A DNA stretch of 64,000 nucleotides from Epithemia pelagica (Eukaryota; Protista; Bacillariophyta), in contig OX337231.1 in assembly GCA_946965045.2 (NCBI GenBank), positions 3,658,001 through 3,722,000 on the forward strand, in the 5' to 3' direction. This document shows positions 56,901 to 64,000 of the stretch, piece after piece. Both the position numbers and the translations under genes were made by a program. Every line of letters starts with the position of its first letter. Position 1 is the stretch's first letter. The notes under the pieces were generated by a model, which ran no database searches, was not told the DNA's origin, and saw only the letters and a program-made list of their open reading frames with translations.

Positions 56901-57942
56901 GGAAACCTTGACCATGTTGGACCAACATTATCTTTTAAAGCCGGACTCAATTGGCATTCCCAAGATTTATTTGGGAAATCAAGTCCAAACCTTCGATATT
57001 AATGGCGATGCCACTCAACAATGTTGGGCACTCAGCTCAGACAAGTATGTCAAAGCAGCGATCAAGAATGTCACTACTTGGCTCGAAGAACGGGATCGCA
57101 AGCTTAAGACACGCGCTCCAAGTGTTTTACCCTCTGGCTATCGACCAGAGATGGATACAAGTCCATATTGTGATCCGGAACTGTTGAATTTTTATCAACA
57201 ACAAATTGGTGTATTGAGATGGATCGTTGAACTTGGAAGAATCGACATTACTGCTGAAGTATCGATGTTAGCCGCCTTCCTTGCCGGACCACGCGAAGGA
57301 CATATTGAAGCAATGTTGCACTTATTTGCTTATCTCAATCTACATGATCGCTCTCGACTGGTGATGGACCCTTCCTATGTTGAGCATGGGGAGGAACCCA
57401 CACATGATTGGAGTGGCTTCTATCCAGAAGCAGTGGAAGAAATTCCCCCTGATATGCCAGAACCTCTGGGAAACGCTGTGCAAATCACAGCTTTTGTGGA
57501 CTCAGACCATGCCGGTGATTTATTGACTAGAAGGTCACGAACTGGAGTCCTTATATACGTTAACCGTGCACCCGTTGCATGGTACAGCAAGAAGCAAACG
57601 AGTGTAGAAACTTCTACGTTTGGATCGGAATTCATGGCACTCAAGGTTGGTGTGGAGATGCTAAAAGGACTACGATACAAGCTGAGAATGATGGGAGTGC
57701 CACTTGATGGTCATGCCCATGTCCAGGTAGACAACATGTCAGTGGTTTACAATAGTTCCTTGCCCGAATCAACCTTGCGGAAGAAATCCAATTCAGTGGC
57801 GTATCACTATGTTCGTGAAAATGTGGCCAATGGAACATGCAAAGTGGCCTTTGAGCCATCCACAACAAACTTGGCCGATCTACTGACAAAGATCCAAACC
57901 GGCCCTGAACGAACTCGTTTGGCAAAGATGATTTTATTTTGA
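53947..57942 (+). CDS. pol: E4 Pol (PR-INT-RT-RH), in frame with gag
   Basis: ELDSHADTCC, IVPDNAPEL, KARYVAGGH, VYTDD, VDSDHAGD; collinear with E1 pol. Confidence 0.95.
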   Translation, partial: HQLMSVHSHMNEITVPLVYCELDSHADTCCLGNGCYVLYQTDTADVSGFVESLGKIKEAAVVTGVLAYDDEESGNTYLLYFHQALHLPQLKNRCLLNPNQMREAGVEVHDIPLKYLKPEQRDHRSHSLVVRDDEENEMKIPLDLVGVLSQFKTRKPTSQEMESIDPAFRINMTNDRPEWQPNDSTIDVDERTLRQSISNDMPKPERERQVNIRLTKSMRINNRRISIADISHRRKGTVNAADIAKRWNIGLPSAERTFSQTTQLGVRDFSGDSEGGRRLKHTAYRLRHRRLRADVYTDTLFSETKSLDQHTCGQIFATDFGWVHFIPMRSKSEAPETLAPVFDEYGIFNHIVPDNAPELTSQSFRCVAHKYGCRIKPVEAWTPNQNLAEANIRELKRLHRREMGRSDAPAVLWDHCLMLMAERRSHTAFAQDGSGPPIQQLTGDTPDISHIVEHKWYDWVWCANPGIEGRQLGHWLGPSRSVGQAMCGKILTEKGKIIHRTSIWPGKKETLLDDAFKERQEAYTAQLKEALGVRMAGISLAENEHDEFADDTPSYEAYEDDEQTDVRVPEVDDYAPDAYDKLISAKVMLPLGDIHRKGTVRKRKRDGDGKVIGRASNNPYLDTTLYEVEFDDGLVQTYAANIIAENIFEQLDDEGNLYRIIDEIIDHKSDNTAISIADGEFQLNGRTHKKRTTKGWFLCVQWKDGSTSWEAVKDMKESYPIEVAEYATANHIDKEPAFAWWVPFTLRPRRARLIKAATSSRYMRKWQKYGIEIPKTVERALEIDRETGTDYWRKALQLEISKIFPAVKILEEGVGAPVGYQTIPCHIVFDVKMDFTRKARYVAGGHKTEDPETPTYASVVSRESVRIGFLLAALNDLEVLTADIAGAYLNAPCHEKVCTVCGLEFGAENKGRIALIQKALYGLKTSAYAWREHLSTTLHTALGYRSCRADPDVYLRPSQKPSGEKYYEMIFVYTDDVLIVPHKAMETLTMLDQHYLLKPDSIGIPKIYLGNQVQTFDINGDATQQCWALSSDKYVKAAIKNVTTWLEERDRKLKTRAPSVLPSGYRPEMDTSPYCDPELLNFYQQQIGVLRWIVELGRIDITAEVSMLAAFLAGPREGHIEAMLHLFAYLNLHDRSRLVMDPSYVEHGEEPTHDWSGFYPEAVEEIPPDMPEPLGNAVQITAFVDSDHAGDLLTRRSRTGVLIYVNRAPVAWYSKKQTSVETSTFGSEFMALKVGVEMLKGLRYKLRMMGVPLDGHAHVQVDNMSVVYNSSLPESTLRKKSNSVAYHYVRENVANGTCKVAFEPSTTNLADLLTKIQTGPERTRLAKMILF

Positions 57943-58939
57943 CTGGAGTAACGTTTCCCGCCTTCAGGGTCTGGGTACGTCCTGCCTCCAAAAAGGGAGC
58001 TCTGTAAAAGCAGGTAATAAAGATGCAGAGAGATGAAGAACAAGAAATGAATGAGAATGAAAGAAAAGGGGGCACGATATGACTATATAATGACATAGCT
58101 ATCGTGAGGGGACCAAGAAACGCGACTGATGTTTAGCGAAATTTGGGCGAGTAGCTAGCCCATGAGGGCAGCATAGCTAAAGACTCACTAATACGATTTT
58201 TACCCTGATACCATGCTCGTAATTTGTTATGAAAGCCTTTCTGAGACTATAACTCACTTGGTGGTGTTCTGATTTTTGATATGCGTGCCAAGTCCCAAGG
58301 CTAGAGGCAAATCTTTGTTCTGGGTTATTTCGAGCCCACGTCGCCATGCCCATTTCTTCACATCAAACCGTCTAACTTGTCAGTCTGCTTCGTCGTGTTG
58401 GTAGCCAAGGCATAGCAAATGACGCCAAAAGTAGCGAAGCATTAATGAGTGGTGTTCGTTAGACCCCGCAAGATCTCGTTATGCAAAGCTCACTCAGTTT
58501 GGCCCCCAACAGGCCTCTTGTGAAGTTCATTCGTGTACTGTTGTGGACTATCCGATGTTACGATTCGTGAATACTGAATAACTATCCCGTCAGTCGCACA
58601 GATGTGTGTTATCATGAATCGACCAGAACCCCAGAACATCAAATGATCATGACAGCATGACCTTGGGTCATGGGCGACGAACAGGTTGCCGTGCAACTGG
58701 CAGGGACACGAATTGGGAGGCTCACCCGTTCCGCGAAACCTGAAAATTCGAAATTGGATTTCGATTTTCGATGAGCCTCTCCATCACATCTATGTCCCCC
58801 CTCATTGTACTAGCCGCAATCGTGCTTGTATTCCTCTTCCCAACTGCATTCCAACAACCCGCCACTAATAATGGTAACCCCGTTGGTCGACATTCGTTCC
58901 TCCTACCATCAGTCCATAAAGTTGGAGAACAAGTCAACT

Positions 58940-60090
58940 ATGGAATCTCTGTTTTCTCGCACCACCATAACAAGTCCTGATCATACTCCTTTTGATTCAC
59001 TCGTTCTAAACCCCGCCGATGTGCTCCTGGGAAGGGGCAAGGGGCTTTACAAGTGGGCAGGAAATGTGGTGTACTCCAAAATCATATCGTCCTTTGTTCC
59101 AGCCTACGAAGCAGCCACCAAGAACAAGGACAAGATGCGAATCTCTCTTGAGATTGTTTCCCTGATCAAAGTGAACGGAGGTCGCTTTGTGGGAGTCGAC
59201 ACGACATTTGGACCACACGGCGATTCCCTTGTGGAATTGTACGAAGTGTCGGATGCGGATGCACGGCAAAAGGTGTCCCAGGTGAGTCTTGCTCATGCGT
59301 TCAAGTCCATGCTTCCAACAATGGGTCATTGTGCTGAACTGACTGTCAACGAATCGTTTTCGAGTCCATGCTTCCGACAATGGGTCATTGTGCTGAACTG
59401 ACTGTCAACGAATCGATTCTCACACTTGATACAAAACAGGCTTTACGACACAAGAGAAAGCTGTCCAAGTCTAGAAGGAAACGGAGCAAGTCCACTTCCT
59501 CCAGCAAGGCTCGCAGTAGTTGTTTTCCCCAGAAGCCCGACCGCGTCGAGAATCAAGACAAACTCTTGACGAAATCAACACCACGTAAGCAGGTCTCAAG
59601 GGTTGGACAGGAACAAGCTGGTATGATGGATTCCTGCTCCATTACCAGCTTACTCAAGACCAGCCCAACGCCCTTGAAGGCTTGCACTGTTCGCGTTCGT
59701 CACCACGAAGATGCCAATGTCCTACGCGACAGTTGTTCACAAGACCAGGAAGCGACATCAGGACGTCTGGTAGTCATGGATTCATCACCCTCCTCCAATC
59801 TGGTGTGTCCTGCTTCTCCTCCCTCCTGTTCCAGTACGACATGTTCTAGCAGCAGCAGCAGTAGCAGTGCTAGTTTGTGTTCGATTGATTTGTTGGAACT
59901 CGAAAGTGATCACAACCAAGTGATAGACCGGGACAACAGCTGTGGACTGCAACTTCCCGAGAATATGGAGTACTACCATGTCGTGGACACGGACAATGCA
60001 TCCGAGTTTAGTTTGTTGGATATCGAGGATCAATCGTGTCTCTTTCCGGAGAGTACGTATGCGTGGCGTTCCCACAATGCTTGTGAATAA
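58940..60090 (+). CDS. DUF6824-like protein, 2 exons (58940-59281, 59440-60090)
   Basis: DVLLGRGKG...GN...GGRFVG...DARQKVSQ|ALRHKR; intron carries a ~59-bp tandem duplication. Confidence 0.8.
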
Positions 60091-61119
60091 AGGACACAGA
60101 CCACATCTTGTTTTTTGTAGATACTCGCGCATTCTTCATGTTGGGGGTTAACATCATATACATATATATTGTATAGTCAAAAAGTGATTTTCAGAGCACC
60201 TTGCCCATTGTCCAACATGTTTTTCATCGTGGATCAGAAAAAGGATCGAACATTCTGACTTCCCAGTGGAGGCTCTTGAGTGAGCAAACTCGTAGTTCTT
60301 GACGACTTCAAAAGACAATGGCTACCATGGTCCTCGTTCCAACGGCCTCTTGGCCAATCGCCACGAGAGCACCTGCGACTTCCTGTACTTGTGGGATGTG
60401 GAGGAGGAGGATTCATTGGTTCCACTGTGCTACAGCGGTTTGTGGTGGGTCAAGGTTACACGAGAAGTAATCCCATTATTCGTTTCAGCAAAGTTGCGAG
60501 TCTGTTTTTGGATGGGTGAGGAACGACCGCTCCCCAAACAAGTGCAAAACCTGCAGTATTGTGATTGAGTGGAAAGAGCTACAGGCAGTCGTCCAAAGGA
60601 TCACTGGAAACGCATCAACCATCAACGTGTCGCTCAAAGTCCATTCGCCACATCTCTAGAAGAGGACTTGGTTCTTGGTTCGGCAGGAGAAGGGCGATCC
60701 CAAAATTATTTGTGGGGAGACTTTTCGATTCCAGACTGCCGACGGACGCTTTCCGCGCCCATTCGTCCGAGCGTGCCTATCTCTATGGGGTTTGATCGTG
60801 GTCACGGTTTGGACCGGCTCGCAATCAATCCATCAGTGTCACGATGACCCCATCGCATCGAACGGCCCTCTCGTTCGAACCTCTTGGCCGATGGCCAAAG
60901 CGTGTTCGGTCCAATTCCATCTTTTATTACCTAGGATAAGTTCCTGTCAGGAGGAATGATGTTTCCGGACGATGGGAACCGATGGAAGTTCCTCGAACGG
61001 AGAGTCACAGGATGTGCCTTTGTTTCAGGAAAATCTGAACTGCGGCCGCCCGAAATTTTGGGGCTCCTCCTCCACAACGCGCAAGTATCCCAGCAGAGCA
61101 ACGATTCTTCTCGTAGAAC

Positions 61120-63017
61120 ATGGCGTGCCTGAAACACTATTTTCAGCCTCGTCTCTCTCAGCTTGCGTTCTCTCTCAGCAAGCATGGACAGGTTTGGAAG
61201 ATGCTTCGATCACGAACCCTCGCTGACAGGGACTCGTTGCTTCGTGTATTTGCCGGAATCCGATCCTTTTCGCGAAATACCAAGATAAGAAATTGGAGTA
61301 CCAAGCAATCCTATGTGGATCTGCTGCTCTCGATGTCTCACCTTGTTGTTGGTCCTCTCGATCCGAACCATGCTCGGCTGACACTCTCTATACCGAAGGA
61401 TCATGGTCCTCAAGACACATTCGACAGTGTTAGCATCATCGCCAAGTCAGGTTTGTTGAATTCCCCGCATATATTGGAAGATAACGAAGAAAATTCAACA
61501 GGGAATGACTTTTTTCCACACTTGCATGATCCAGGCGCTTACGATCATAGAATGGTTGAGAGCCACCGGGCCCGCAAAGGCGAACCACTACTTGGAACCA
61601 AGGTACCGACCAAGGCTGATCCTTTGTCAAAGGATCATAGCCGCAAAACCACACAGTACCTCTCGGATCGGCTCCCTCCGTCCAATGCTCGTGTTCACGG
61701 CACACCATCAGGCCGTGGACCAGCCCATGTAAATCGATATTTCCTGCAGTCCATGACAGACCAAGACGACCATTCTACAGCGAAACAAGCTGGGCCAGAC
61801 ATGCAAGATCCAACCACGAGCGATTGTCCGGACGCGAGCCAACCGACCCGCAAGGATCAGGAACTACTTGGACCAACCACTGCTGACAGTGCCATTCAAG
61901 ACAAAGAAACGCGTTACCACTTGGATCCGACCTCCCCGTGCAATAAGGATGTTCAAGGCATAGAAGACCGCGTTTCAGCCTACGAAGATATGCGTTTGCT
62001 TCAGTCCATGAATAAGGAGGAAAGCGAGGACGACAACGCTACTTGGGAACGTCTGAACCGCCCGTCCGCCATTCAAGTTTACACAAGAGCGAAGGCCAGA
62101 GCAAAGGCCACGCTGTAAAGGAGAAAGCTATTCCGAAACAGACTACTCAAATCGTTTCGGAGTCTATGACACGGCTCAAGAAGCAGATATCCCTCATCTA
62201 CGGTAAAGTACTTCGCAAGATATGGTTCCTGGTCCGCATGATACTCCCACTCACTCTGTATTGTCCTTTTTTCTATGACATGGTCGTTTCGTACCCAATG
62301 GATGTGGCAAACTTGTGCAAAGCATCGACTAGTGCGATCTTTGGAAGACTGCTGGTGAAGGGTGATGTATACAAACAGTCAACGGGCGAAACGCTTTCCA
62401 ATGATGTCAAAGCAGAACGGCCGGAGCCAGTCGAAACTATGGAAACTAGTCCACAAACGTAACGTCTGGAGTTTGGTGAAGAAGAGAGCACTCAGTGGAC
62501 AGACAAGGCTGCACCAGTTTTAGATGCTACATGGAATATTCGTTTTCAGGAGCTTGTAGAGTACAAGCGTCGACATGGGGATTGTTTAGTTCCTCAAATA
62601 TATCACCCCAATAGAGCACTTGGAAACTGGGTACATAGCCAACGGCAACGATTCACCAAGCAAAAGGACCATCAAAATGGCAGACCATCAAAATTGACAT
62701 GTTCCAGAATAACCCCGGATGAGATCTCGAAACTTGAATCAATTGGTTTTGAATGGAATGCTATTGAGGCGATTTGGATGCGGAGCTACAAAAAACTTGA
62801 GACGTATGCCAAGAAACATGGTAATTGCAATGTTTCCAAGAGGAGAGATAAAAAATTGTACAAGTGGGTCAACGACCAACCAAAAAGGTACCGACAAAAG
62901 ATTGATGGATCATCGAACGCCATGACAGATAGACAAATTGAATTGTTGGAAAGCATTGGTTTCAATTGGGATACAGTGAAAGCCACACACGCTAAGAGGA
63001 GCGCATTTCCGTGCTGA
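61120..63017 (+). pseudogene. Helicase-associated (HA) repeat gene, apparently disrupted
   Basis: Two HA-like repeats (WNIRFQELVEYKRRHGDCLVP...LGNWV...LESIGFEW; WMRSYKKL...HGNCNV...LYKWV...LESIGFNW) in 62500-63000; in-frame TAA at 62460-62462 and a frame break near 62100. An unrecognised intron structure is not excluded. Confidence 0.6.
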
Positions 63018-63658
63018 CACGCATCCTCACTTTTTCCAACTCTCTTTTTTCCGGGCGCACGTAGACGAACAGGAATGGCCTCTGTGACGTCCAAGAGCCG
63101 CTCTTTGAATTTGATCAACGGCAACGACTGGCTTTACCGGGTCTGTGCATACAAGTTTCCCGCATTCCCATGCTTCAACCTGACTTCCTTCGAAGCTGGC
63201 TGGCGATTGACTCAACAATCCATCACGAGTGCAATCCATCGGAACGTGATCTCGGTCGGTTTTCGTTGGTACCATGCTAATGGCGGCAGAAAAATAGCAA
63301 AAAAGATTTGGTTGTCCTGCGGCTCTGTTTCCTTGCCAACCAAGATCCGTTCCACTCGTGGCGTTGCTTCCAAAGCCGCATCGAAACATGAGAAACATCA
63401 TGCAGATTTCGGAGTTGAGTATTCGCCTCGCTTGAGGGGCTTTCCCCCGAAGTCCCCCATCTTGATCAGGGGGCCGAAACATAACGGACGATCAACGCAC
63501 AGACAACCACTACCTAATCTTTGAGAGTGATGCGGTGAAATTGGAAGGGCGAAATGAAAATTGCAGATTTATGAAGAGTTTCATATTTTCTGTCTAATTC
63601 GTCAATACCATTGCAAGGGGCGCATCTTCTCTCGCGGTGGTGAAGCCTTCTGAAAAAA

Positions 63659-64000
63659 ACGAATTGGGAGGCTCACCCGTTCCGCGAAACCTGAAAATTC
63701 GAAATTGGATTTCGATTTTCGATGAGCCTCTCCATCACATGTATGTCCCCCTCATTGTACTAGCCGCAATCGTGCTTGTATTCCTCTTCCCAACTGCATT
63801 CCAACAACCCGCCACTAATAATGGTAACCCCGTTGGTCGACATTCGTTCCTCCTACCATCAGTCCATAAAGTTGGAGAACAAGTCAACTATGGAATCTCT
63901 GTTTTCTCGCAACACCATAACAAGTCCTGATCATACTCCTTTTGATTCACTCGTTCTAAACCCCGCCGATGTGCTCCTGGGAAGGGGCAAGGGGTTTTAC
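63659..64000 (+). repeat. Near-identical duplicate of 58708-59050, including the start of a fifth DUF6824-like gene (ATG 63890, runs off the window)
   Basis: Direct match over ~340 bp with a few substitutions and one indel. Confidence 0.92.

Larger units (their letters stand above)
51980..58226 (+). mobile_element. E4: full-length Ty1/Copia LTR retrotransposon related to E1, CAA...TTG LTRs, 4-bp TSD, nonsense mutation in gag
   Basis: 113-bp LTRs (51980-52092, 58114-58226) with 2 differences; TTAT at 51976-51979 and 58227-58230; PBS 52093-52107; PPT gaggggac. Confidence 0.96.

Noticed and set aside
59298-59415. ~59-bp tandem duplication as a functional element
   Set aside because: Lies wholly inside an intron; most simply a local slippage duplication.
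1-64000. tRNA, rRNA or CRISPR loci
   Set aside because: None recognised; the PBS sequences are complements of tRNA segments, not tRNA genes.

Overview
Eukaryotic, TE-rich region, most likely from a diatom (short GT-AG introns, CoDi-like Copia elements, DUF6824-like, Sec14-like and helicase-associated gene families). It holds four full-length Ty1/Copia LTR retrotransposons (E1 5166-11459 +, E2 32412-38838 -, E3 45437-51962 -, E4 51980-58226 +), a two-gene PIF/Harbinger DNA transposon (27880-31624), a truncated LINE 3' end, several MITE-like elements, five DUF6824-like gene copies, and a Sec14/CRAL-TRIO-like + bZIP gene with a paralog broken by E2. The strongest novelty candidate is the lineage formed by E1, E3 and E4. 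All three share (i) a PBS complementary to the anticodon arm of a tRNA reading Ile (GAU, or IAU) rather than a tRNA 3' end, (ii) 4-bp TSDs, (iii) gag and pol in frame across a UGA-C stop, (iv) a covarying RNA motif just after the pol stop, and (v) Tudor/chromo-like segments after integrase. E1 and E4 also have reversed LTR termini (CAA...TTG instead of TG...CA) and a ~250-nt leader RNA with covarying helices and a conserved loop-loop complementarity. All family assignments are by motif recognition by eye; no database search was run.
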